DNA of 64,000 nt from Leptogorgia sarmentosa (taxonomy: Eukaryota). The stretch covers positions 1-64,000 of the forward strand of contig OZ210885.1 in NCBI GenBank assembly GCA_964658305.1, given 5' to 3'. Below, in pieces: positions 10,590 through 21,160 of this stretch; position 1 is the first letter of the stretch; every line of letters starts with the position of its first letter. Made by a program: the position numbers and the translations under genes. Under the pieces are notes generated by a model, which did not search any database, was not told the DNA's origin, and saw nothing but the letters and a program-made list of their open reading frames with translations.

Positions 10590-10935
10590 TTGCTTCCACT
10601 GCAGAAGGGGGCTTGTCATCCACTCCAAAACAACGGGAGTGTTTTCAACCCCAAAAACTGACAGTGTCGCAAACCCACAAGGAAAATGATTTCAAACGAA
10701 ATGGGAGTCGCTTTCACTGCAGAAGGGAACTTGTCATCCACTCCAAAACAACGGGAGTGTTTTCCAGCCCACAAACTGAGTGTCGCAAACCCACAGGGAC
10801 AATAGTTTCCACCCCGAATGGAGATTTCAGCAAACCCACAAGGAGATTCGTTTCGACCCCAAAACGAGAGTTCAGCAAACCCACAAGGAGATTCGTTTCC
10901 ACCCAAAACTAGAGTTCAGAAAACCCACAAGGTTG
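10590..10935. repeat. Duplicated block of about 118 bp plus a repeat of about 42 bp (AAACCCACAAGGAGATTCGTTTCGACCCC)
   Basis: CACTGCAGAAGGG..CTTGTCATCCACTCCAAAACAACGGGAGTGTTTTC occurs twice. AAACCCACAAGG units recur here and again at about 11458-11560 and 12318-12370. Confidence 0.8.
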
Positions 10936-12320
10936 CTCATGTTTAAACTAGACTTAAGTTGTTTATTTTGCACCAGACAGAATAATCATTGCTGCTCGTG
11001 TTAAACTGGACCGAAGTTAGTTTATTTTACACCAGATAGAATAATTAATCCTGCTAGTGTTAAACTAGGTACACACTAGTTTATTTTTCACCAGACAGAA
11101 TAATTAGTTTTGCTCGTGTTAAACTAGACTTCAGTGGTTTATTTTGCACCAGACAGAATAATTAGACATGCTCGTGTTAAACTGGACATAAGTTAGTTTA
11201 TTTCGCACCAGACAGAATAATTAGTCCTGCTCGTGCTAAACTAGGTACACACTAGTTTATTTTCCACCAGACAGAATAATTAGACCCGCTCGTGTTAAAC
11301 TGGACATAAGTTAGTTTATTACCAGATAGAATAATTAGTCCTGCTCGTGTTAAACTAGGTACACACTAGTTTATTTTTCACCAGACAGAATAATCAGTCT
11401 TGCTTGTGTTAAACTAGACTTACGTTGTTTATTTTGCACCAGACAGAATAATTAGACCTACAAGGAGAATTGTTTCGACCCCGAAAGGAGATTTCAGCAA
11501 ACCCACAAGGTGATTCATTTCGACCCCAAAAGGAAAGTTTAGAAAACCCACAAGGTTGCTGGTGTTTAAACTAGACTTAAATTGTTTATTTTGCACCAGA
11601 CAGAATAATCATTACTGCTCGTGTTAAACTGGACCGAAGTTAGTTTATTTTGCACCAGATAGAATAATTAGTCCTGCTCGTGTTAAACTAGGCGCGCACT
11701 AGTTTATTTTTCACCAGACAGAATAATTAGTCTTGCTCGTGTTAAACTAGACTTCAGTTGTTTATTTTGCACCAGACAGAATAATTAGACATGCTCGTGT
11801 TAAACTGGACATAAGTTAGTTAACTTTGCACCAGACAGAATAATTAGAAATGCTCGTGTTAAACTGGACATAAGTTAGTTTATTTTGCACCAGACAGAAT
11901 AATTAATCCTGCTCGTGTTAAACTAGGTACACACTAGTTTATTTTTCACCAGACAGAATAATTAGTCTTGCTCGTGTTAAACTAGACTTCAGTTGTTTAT
12001 TTTGCACCAGACAGAATAATTAGACATGCTCGTGTTAAACTGGACATAAGTTAGTTAACTTTGCACCAGACAGAATAATTAGAAATGCTCGTGTTAAACT
12101 GGACATAAGTTAGTTTATTTTGCACCAGACAGAATAATTAATCCTGCTCGTGTTAAACTAGGTACACACTAGTTTATTTTTCACCAGACAGAATAATTAG
12201 TCTTGCTCGTGTTAAACTAGGTACACACTAGTTTATTTTTCACCAGACAGAATAATTAGTCTTGCTCGTGTTAAACTAGACTCTAGTTGTTTATTTTGCA
12301 TCAGACAGAATCATTAGACC
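10935..12320. repeat. AT-rich satellite of about 59 bp (CTCGTGTTAAACT(G/A)G..GTTTATTTTGCACCAGACAGAATAATTAG) in two arrays
   Basis: ACCAGACAGAATAATT recurs every 58-59 bp, about 22 copies, split at about 11460-11560 by the CACAAGG repeat. Confidence 0.95.
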
Positions 12321-12525
12321 CACAAGGAAATTCGTTTCGACCCGAAACTGAGAGTTGAACAAACCAACAAAGGGAAACTGCAAAAAAATAAATAAAGACC
12401 TTTATGTAATAAATAAGAAACCATTCGCACATAGCTCCGTCTCAAGTGACAATCGGTATTAAATGTAATTAGTCAATCATGCAAAACCATGAGATATTAT
12501 CGTTTGAAATTTTGTATTTGCTTAC

Positions 12526-13110
12526 CTGCACTCGGAGACTTTCAGATTGTTGCTGGTGATCGCAGATTCATCCTACAAATACAGTTCAAAACTTGTTGAG
12601 AATAGGACTGAAATTCAACACAGTATTTACGTATTTGACAAATGAAGTTATAAAACGTTCAAAGGCCTGTTGTTGCTGGATAAACAATTTAATTACCTTT
12701 TAATTGCTCGTGCTCATCCAATATACCGTAGACTATTTCGCTTCAAATTTTGTTCTGAAGCAAAAGAAAACACAAACAGAAATTAGCTGAAACTATTGAC
12801 AGTATCAAACTAGCAAACTCAAGGGACCGGCGTGGCAAACATCGAAGAAATAAACCGATAAATTGTCAGCGACCGGCCTATATTCCCTATAAAGGCCTTG
12901 CTGTTGAAAACATGCTATTCAAAATGCATTGAAATGAGCACGTTGTGTACATCCACGTGCTTTATTTTACCTTTATACGCGCCTAATAAAGCAAAGATCT
13001 TCATAGCTCCTCTCTCTTCTCGCTTCGAATTTGTAAAATCGTCAGGTAGCTTTTCTAAACCTTTCTTGGCTTCAACATCCTTCACCTCCGGACCTCCCAG
13101 TTTCGTCACA
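12526..13110 (-). other. Candidate minus-strand exons (non-coding or pseudogenic)
   Basis: A donor AAAG|GTAAAA at about 12970; exon 12754-12697 (tttgtgttttcttttgcttcag| .. AAG|gtaatt); exon 12572-12526 (atttgtag| .. CAG|gtaagc). Exon 12754-12697 has stops in all three frames. Confidence 0.35.
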
Positions 13111-14424
13111 CACGTGGCGACAGACCTCGTACCCAGGGCACAAAGTACCCAGGATCCGAATCGCTATATTTAGATCCATTTTCTATTTCAGGCCGCCCCC
13201 TACAAAGGAAACAAACAAAATAGTCAACACCCGAGATTCGCACTTGCGATCGCTGCAGGCGAGTCTTTCCGCCTACGTTGTGGGCTAGCAAAAAGCACTA
13301 TCAACCATAAAAAAGGCGTGTCTTTCGCCGCCTTCACCCGTGGCCGGTTGGTAACTGCTACCGCCTAATCTAGTGATACAAGGGTTGCAGGATCGTTCCC
13401 TGGTCCTGGCCAAACCTCTGTTGAACAAATTAGATGGTAAGCGGGGACCTCGCTGGCCAATGCGGGAGGAGGAGGAGGGTGGGTGGGGGAGGGGGGTGGT
13501 TCCCGGGTCACCGCCAGTGATACCAGGGGAAGTAGAGCCTCCACCAAAGAAAACCAGGGGTGTTTTGCCAACGAGAGTGGCCTGGATACTTCATGTAAGA
13601 ACGAGTATAAGTGATCATACAGTATAAGACTTAGAAAATAATAAGACTTATCTGAAAAAATAATAATACTACACTATATAATACAGTTAAACTAGGTTCA
13701 GCAAGGAAAACCGTTAGATCTGACATTTTTTCAGAATAATTTCGTCAAAGGTTGCGGTTAGGCTGGAAAAGGTTGCGGTTAGGCTGGAAAAGGTTGCGGT
13801 TAGGCTGGAAAAGGTTGCGGTTAGGCTGGAAAAGGTTGCGATTAGGCTGGAAAAGGTTGGGGTTAAGCTGGAAAAGGTTGGGGTTAGGCTGGAAAAGGTT
13901 GCGGTTAGGCTGGAAAAGGTTGCGATTAGGCTGGAAAAGGTTGGGGTTAAGCTGGAAAAGGTTGGGGTTAGGCTGGAAAGGTTGCGGTTAGGCAGGAAAA
14001 GGCTGGTGTTAGGCTGGAAAGGTTGCGGTTAGGCTGGAAAAGGCTGGGGTTAGGCTGGAAAGGTTGCGGTTATGCAGGAAAAGGCAGGGGTTAGGCTTGA
14101 AAGGTTGCGGTTAGGCAGGAAAAGGCTGGGGTTAGGCTGGAAAGGTTGCGGTTAGGCTGGAAAAGGCTGGGGTTAGGCTGGAAAGGTTGCGGTTAGGCTG
14201 GAAAAGGCTGGGGTTAGGCTGGAAAGGTTGCGGTTAGGCTGGAAAGGTTGCGGTTAGGCTGGAAAAGGCTGGGGTTAGGCTGGAAAAGGCTGGGGTTAGG
14301 CTGAAAAGGTTGGGGTTAGGCTGGAAAAGGCTGCGGTTAGGCTGGAAAAGGTTGCGATTAGGCTGGAAAAGGCTGGGGTTAGGCTGGAAAGCTTGCGGTT
14401 AGGCAGGAAAAGGCTGGGGTTAGC

Positions 14425-15320
14425 AATGCGCGGACGTCAAAATTTATTTTCATCGCTTTTTTTCAACATCCCAACATTGTAGAAGGGTTAAAAAGCAAGA
14501 ATAGTCAAGGAAAAACAAAAAAACAACAAAAGGATTCGTCAAGTGCCCTACCATCCGCACAGAACGAGTCTGGTAGATCGCCAGTAGGGACTTACTAAGG
14601 CAACCGGGATGCCCGCTTTGTCTTGACTGGTAACAAGCTATGGCTTTGACATTCAGGACACTCAGAGAGCAGGGAGATGCAGATCGGCCCCTAGACCATA
14701 TGTGATAAGCACCTTGTCCTTTGGCGAAAGGCAATGTCGTAGCATGATAACCAATAAGCTATATTCCGGATTTGTATTTAACTACGTTGCACTCTTGTGG
14801 CGTGGTTGTTGTGGGACTCGTTTGGTGAATTTGATTGCGCATGCGCGTGCGTCAAAATTTGTTTTCTTCGTTTTTTCTTCTTTTTTTCGACATCCCAGAC
14901 ATTGTGAAAGTGTTAAAAGTAAGAATTGTCAAGGAAGAAACGGAAAAAAATGTTTTGAGTGAAAAAAACCGAAACTAATTTCGTAAAGCGCATTGCGCAT
15001 GCGCGTACGTCAAAATTTATTTTCATCGTTTTTTCTTCGTTTTTTTCAGCATCCCAGATATTGTGAAAGTATTAAAAAGCAACAATAGTCAAGGAAGAAA
15101 CAAAAAAAATATTTTTGAGTGAAAAAACCGAGAATAATTTCGTCAAGGTCCGTGGTCTCCATTGCGCATGCCCGGACGTCAAAATTTATTTTCATCGTTT
15201 TTTCAACATCCCAACATTGTAAAAGGGTTAAAAAGCAAGAATAGTCAAGGAAGAAGAAAAAAAAACAAAAGGATTCGTCACGTGCCCTACCATCCGCACA
15301 GAGCGAGTCCGGTAGGAAAA
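14425..15320. repeat. Cassette A, first copy: modules of about 130-170 bp (TGCGCATGCGC..CGTCAAAATTT..T-rich..A-rich..TTCGTCAAG) plus a unique core of about 280 bp
   Basis: The core CTACCATCCGCACAG..GATCGCCAGTAGGGAC..GTTGTTGTGGGACTCG starts at about 14545, 17900, 19133, 21440, 26213, 28582, 29427, 33313, 36095, 40970, 44850, 48046, 50101, 56742 and 58797 (15 copies). Core-less modules lie at about 51135, 53850, 54795, 55545, 59830, 62340 and 63290. Confidence 0.95.
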
Positions 15321-18300
15321 GGCTGGCTGGAAAAGCTTGGGGCTAGGCTGGAAAATGTTGGTTGTAGGCTGGAAAAGGTAGGGGTTAGGCTGGAAAAGGT
15401 TGGCATTAGGCTGGAAAAAGTTGGGGTTAGGCTGGAAAAGGTTGGAGTTAGGCTGGAAAAGGTTGGGGTTAGGCTGGAAAAGGTTGAGGTTAGGCTGGAA
15501 AAAGTTGGGGTTAGGCTGGAAAGGTTGCGGTCAGGCTGGAAAAGGCTGGGGTTAGGCTGGAAAGGCTAGGGTTAGGCTGGAAAGGTTGCGGTTAGGCTGG
15601 AAAAGGCAGGGGTTGGGCTGGAAAGGTTGCGGTTAGGCAGGAAAAGGCTTGTGCTAGGCTGGAAAGGTTGCGGTTAGGCTGGAAAAGTCTGCGGTTAGGC
15701 TGGAAAGGTTGCGGTTAGGCTGGAAAAGGCTGGGGTTAGGCTGGAAAGATTGCGGTTAGGTTGGAAAAGGCAGGGGTTAGGCTGGAAAGGTTGCGGTTAG
15801 GCTGGAAAAGCAGGGGTTAGGCTGGAAAGGTTGCGGTTAGGCTGGAAAGGTTGCGGTTAGGCAGGAAAAGGCTGGGGTTAGGCTGGAAAGGTTGCGGTTA
15901 GGGAGTAAAAGGCTGGGGTTAGTCTGGAACGGTTGCGGTTAGGCTGGAAAAGGCTGGGGTTAAGCTGGAAAGGTTGCGGTTAGGCTGGAAAAGGCAGGGG
16001 TTAGGCTGGAAAGGTTGCGGTTAGGCTGCAAAAGGCAGGGGTTAGGCTGGAAAGGTTGCGGTTAGGCTGGAAAGGTTGCGGTTAGGCTGGAAAGGGTGCG
16101 GTTAGGAAGAAAAAGCCTGGGGTTAGCCTGGAAAGGTTGCGGTTAGGCAGGAAAAGGCTGGGGTTAGGCTGAAAAGGCTGGGGTTAGGCTGGAAAAGGCT
16201 GCGGTTAGGCTGGAAATGTTGCGGTTAGGCTGGGGTTAGGCTGGAAAGGTTGCGGTTAGGCTGGAAAGGTTGCGGTTAGGCTGGAAAATGCTGGGGTTAG
16301 GCTGGAAAGGTTGCGGTTAGGCAGGAAAAGGCTGGGGTTAGGCTGGAAAGGTTGCGGTTATGCAGGAAAAGGCTGGGGTTAGGCTGGAAAAGGCTGGGAT
16401 TAGGCTGAGAAGGCTGGGGTTAGGCTGGAAAAGGCTGCGGTTAGGCTGGAAAAGGTTGCGGTTAGGCTGGAAAAGGCTGGGGTTAGGCTTGAAAGGTTGC
16501 GGTTAGGTTGGAAAAGGATGGGGTTAGGCTGGAAAGGTTGCGGTTAGGCTGGAAAAGGCTGGGGTTAGGCTGGAAAGGTTGCGGTTAGGCTGGAAAGGTT
16601 GCGGTTAGGCTGGAAAAGGCTGGGGTTAGGCTGAAAAGGCTGGGGTTAGGCCGGAAAAGGCTGGGGTTAGGCTGAAAAGGCTGGGGTTAGGCCGGAAAAG
16701 GCTGGGGTTAGGCTGAAAAGGCTGGGGTTAGGCTGGAAAAGGCTGGGGTTAGGCTGAAAAGGCTGGGGATAGGCTGGAAAGGCTGGGGTTAGGCCGGAAA
16801 AGGCTGGGGTTAGGCTGAAAAGGCTGGGGTTAGGCCGGAAAAGGCTGGGTTAGGCTGAAAAGGCTGGGGTTAGTCCGGAAAAAGCTGGGGTTAGGCTGGA
16901 AAGGTTGCGGTTAGGCTGGAAAAGGCTGGGGTTAAGCTGGAAAAGGCTGGGGTTAGGCTGAAAAAGGGTGGGGTTAGGCTGGAAAGGTTGCGGTTAGACT
17001 GGAAAGGTTGCGGTTAGGCAGGAAAAGGCTGGGGTTAGGCTGGAAAAGGCCGGGGTTAGGCTGAAAAGGCTGGGGTTAGCCCGGAAAAGGCCGGGGTTAG
17101 GCTGAAAAGGCTGGGGTTAGGCCTGAAAAAGCTGGGGTTAGGCTGGAAAGGTTGCGGTTAGGCTGGAAAAGGCTGGGGTTAGGCTGGAAAAGGCTGGGGT
17201 TAGGCTGGAAAGGTTGCGGTCAGGCTGGAAAGGTTGCGGTTAGGAAGGAAAAGGCTGGGGTTAGGCTGGAAAGGTTGCGGTTAGGCTGGAAAAGGCTGGG
17301 GTTAGGCTGGAAAGGTGGCGGCTAGGCTGGAAAGGTTGCGGTTAGGCTGGAAAAGGCTGGGGTTAGGCTGGAAAGGTTCCGGTTAGGCTGGAAAGGTTGC
17401 GGTTAGGCTGGAAAAGGCTGGGGTTAGGCTGAAAAGGCTGGGGTTAGGCCGGAAAAGGCTGGGGTTAGGCTGAAAAGGCTGGGGTTAGGCCGGAAAAAGC
17501 TGGGGTTAGGCCGGAAAAAGCTGGGGTTAGCGCGGAAAAAGCTGGGGTTAGGCCGGAAAAAGTGGGGTTAGGCTGGAAAGGTTGCGGTTAGGCTGGAAAA
17601 GGCTGGGGTTAAGCTGGAAAAGGCAGGGGTTAGGCTGAAAAGGCTGGGGTTAGGCTGGAAAAGGCTGCGGTTAGGCTGGAAAAGGTTGCGGTTAGGCTGG
17701 AAAAGGTTGCGGTTAGGCTGGAAAAGGCTGGGGTTAGGCTGCAAAGGTTGCGGTTAGGCAGGAAAAGGCGGGGGTTAGGCATGCGCGGACGTCAAAATTT
17801 ATTTTCATCGTTTTTTTTCAACATCCCAACATTGTAGAAGGGTTAAAAAGCAAGAATAGTCAAGGAAGAACAAAAAAACAACAAAAGGATTCGTCAAGTG
17901 CCCTACCATCCGCACAGAACGAGTCTGGTAGATCGCCAGTAGGGACTTACTAAGGCAACCGGAACGCATCGGGGATGCCCGCTATGTCTTGACTGGTAAC
18001 AAGCTATGGCTTTGACATTCAGGACACTCAGAGAGCAGGGAGATGCAGATCGGCCCCTAGACCATATGTGATAAGCACCTTGTCCTTTGGCGAAAGGCAA
18101 TGTCGTAGCATGATAACCAATAAGCTATATTCCGGATTTATATTTAACTACGTTGCACTCTTGTGGCGTGGTTGTTGTGGGACTCGTTTGGTGAATTTGA
18201 TTGCGCATGCGCGTGCGTCAAAATTTGTTTTCTTCGTTTTTTCTTCGTTTTTTCAACATCCCAGACATTGTGAAAGTGTTAAAAGTAAGAATTGTCAAGG

Positions 18301-20886
18301 AAGAAACGGAAAAAAAAGTTTTGAGTGAAAAAAACCGAAACTAATTTCGTAAAGCGCATTGCGCATGCGCGTACGTCAAAATTTATTTTCATCGTTTTTT
18401 CTTCGTTTTTTTCAGAATCCCAGACATTGTGAAAGTATTAAAAAGCAACAATAGTCAAGGAAGAAACAAAAAAAACATTTTTGAGTGAAAAAACCGAGAA
18501 TAATTTCGTCAAGGTCCGTAGTCTCCATTGCGCATGCGCGGACGTCAAAATTTATTTTCATCGTTTTTTTCAACATCCCAACATTGTAGAAGGGTTAAAA
18601 ACAAGAATAGTCAAGGAAGAAGAAAAAAAACAAAAGGATTCGTCAAGTGCCCTACCATCCGCACAAAGCGAGTCTGGTAGGAAAAGGCTGGCTGGAAGGG
18701 CTTGGGGCTAGGCTGGAAAAGGTTGGAGTTAGGCTGGAAAAGGTTGGGGTTAGGCTGGAAAAGGTTGGGGTTAGGCTGAAAAGGCTGGGGTTAGGCTGTA
18801 AAAGGCTGGGGTTACGCTGGAAAGGTTGCGGTTAGGCAGGAAAAGGCTGGGGTTAGGCTGGAAAGGTTGCGGTTAGGCTTGGGTTAGGCTGGAAAAGGAT
18901 GGGGTTAGGCTGGAAAGGTTGCGGTTAGGCTGGAAAAGGCTGGGGTTAGGCTGGAAAAGGCTGGGGTTAGGCTGCAAAGGTTGCGGTTAGGCAGGAAAAG
19001 GCGGGGGTTAGGCATGCGCGGACGTCAAAATTTATTTTCATCGTTTTTTTTCAACATCCCAACATTGTAGAAGGGTTAAAAAGCAAGAATAGTCAAGGAA
19101 GAACAAAAAAACAACAAAAGGATTCGTCAAGTGCCCTACCATCCGCACAGAACGAGTCTGGTAGATCGCCAGTAGGGACTTACTAAGGCAACCGGAACGC
19201 ATCGGGGATGCCCGCTATGTCTTGACTGGTAACAAGCTATGGCTTTGACATTCAGGACACTCAGAGAGCAGGGAGATGCAGATCGGCCCCTAGACCATAT
19301 GTGATAAGCACCTTGTCCTTTGGCGAAAGGCAATGTCGTAGCATGATAACCAATAAGCTATATTCCGGATTTATATTTAACTACGTTGCACTCTTGTGGC
19401 GTGGTTGTTGTGGGACTCGTTTGGTGAATTTGATTGCGCATGCGCTTGCGTCAAAATTTGTTTTCTTCGTTTTTTCTTCGTTTTTTCAACATCCCAGACA
19501 TTGTGAAAGTGTTAAAAGTAAGAATTGTCAAGGAAGAAACGGAAAAAAAAGTTTTGAGTGAAAAAAACCGAAACTAATTTCGTAAAGCGCATTGCGCATG
19601 CGCGTACGTCAAAATTTATTTTCATCGTTTTTTCTTCGTTTTTTTCAGCATCCCAGATATTGTGAAAGTATTAAAAAGCAACAATAGTCAAGGAAGAAAC
19701 AAAAAAAATATTTTTGAGTGAAAAAACCGAGAATAATTTCGTCAAGGTCCGTAGTCTCCATAGCGCATGCCCGGACGTCAAAATTTATTTTCATCGTTTT
19801 TTTCAACATCCCAACATTGTAGAAGGGTTAAAAACAAGAATAGTCAAGGAAGAAGAAAAAAAACAAAAGGATTCGTCAAGTGCCCTACCATCCGCACAAA
19901 GCGAGTCTGGTAGGAAAAGGCTGGCTGGAAGGGCTTGGGGCTAGGCTGGAAAAGGTTGGAGTTAGGCTGGAAAAGGTTGGGGTTAGGCTGGAAAAGGTTG
20001 GGGTTAGGCTGAAAAGGCTGGGGTTAGGCTGTAAAAGGCTGGGGTTACGCTGGAAAGGTTGCGGTTAGGCAGGAAAAGGCTGGGGTTAGGCTGGAAAGGT
20101 TGCGGTTAGGCTTGGGTTAGGCTGGAAAAGGATGGGGTTAGGCTGGAAAGGTTGCGGTTAGGCTGGAAAAGGCTGGGGTTAGGCTGGAAAAGTTGCGGTT
20201 AGGCAGGAAAAGTGTGGGGTTAGGCTGGAAAAGTTGCGGTTAGGCTGGAAAAGTTTGGGGTTAAACTGGAAAAGGTTGGGGTTAGGCTGGAAAAGGTTGG
20301 GGTTAGGCTGGAAAAGGTTGCGGTTAGGCTGGAAAAGTTGCCGCACAAAGCGAGTCTGGTAGGAAAAGGCTGGCTGGAAGGGCTTGGGGCTAGGCTGGAA
20401 AAGGTTGGTGTTAGGCTGGAAAAGGTTGGGGTTAGGGTGGAAAGGTTGCGGTTAGGCTGGAAAGGTTGCGGTTAGGCTGGAAAAGGCTGGGGTTAGGCTG
20501 GAAAAGTTGCGGTTAGGCAGGAAAAGTGTGGGGTTAGGCTGGAAAAGTTGCGGTTAGGCTGGAAAAGTTTGGGGTTAAACTGGAAAAGGTTGGGGTTAGG
20601 CTGGAAAAGGTTGGGGTTAGGCTGGAAAAGGCTGCGGTTAGGCTGGAAAAGTTGCGGTTAGGCTGGAAAAGTTGCGGTTAGGCTGGAAAAGGTGGGGGTT
20701 AGGCTGGAAAAGGTTGGGGTTAGGCTGGAAAAGCTTGGGGTTAGGCTGGAAAAGGTTGGGGTTAGGCTAGAAAAGTTGGGGTTAGGCTAGAAAAGGTTGG
20801 GGTTAGGCTGGAAAAGGTTGCGGTTAGGCTGGAAAAGGTTGGGGTTAGGCTGGAAAAGGTAGCGGTTAAGCTGGAAAAGGTTGGGG

Positions 20887-21160
20887 TTAGGGTTAGGGAA
20901 ATGAGAGAGTGATGAAGGAAGATGTATAAAACACTCACCACTTTCAACCGTCTGTCCATGAGAAAATGCACAGGTTCACGCTGCTCTTGCACAAATTCAT
21001 TTTCTTCTTCATCAACTTCATCACTGGATGATTGAGCATACCCAGGCCTAGCAAAGAGCAGGCTTGATTAGCATTTCAACTCACAAGGACCATCATATAA
21101 AGAAGGGCACAATTTAAAAAGGTAAAATAATGGTGTCAGGATATTTGTAGTAACTTTGAC
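20887..21160. repeat. Cassette B, first copy: TTAGGGTTAGGG plus about 260 bp of gene-derived sequence
   Basis: Twelve full copies (about 20.9, 25.7, 28.0, 32.8, 49.55, 50.87, 54.5, 55.3, 58.25, 59.57, 63.0 and 63.7 kb) and one left-truncated copy at about 28961. Each is followed by a cassette A module. Confidence 0.95.
20939..21047 (-). pseudogene. Captured 109-bp coding exon, MFAP1-like N-terminal acidic region; first of 12 full copies
   Basis: Minus strand ctctttgctag|G CCT GGG TAT..AAA GTG|gtgagt, with open frame PGYAQSSSDEVDEEENEFVQEQREPVHFLMDRRLKV resembling MFAP1 RPDYAPMESSDEEDEEFQF (recalled, not searched). Other copies: 25712-25820, 28081-28189, 32813-32921, 49601-49709, 50914-51022, 54576-54684, 55326-55434, 58297-58405, 59610-59718, 63064-63172 and 63752-63860. 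Confidence 0.6.

Noticed and set aside
10935..12320. CRISPR-like repeat/spacer appearance of the 59-bp array
   Set aside because: The variable parts are a few recurring short variants rather than unique spacers. There are no cas genes and the context is a eukaryotic telomere.
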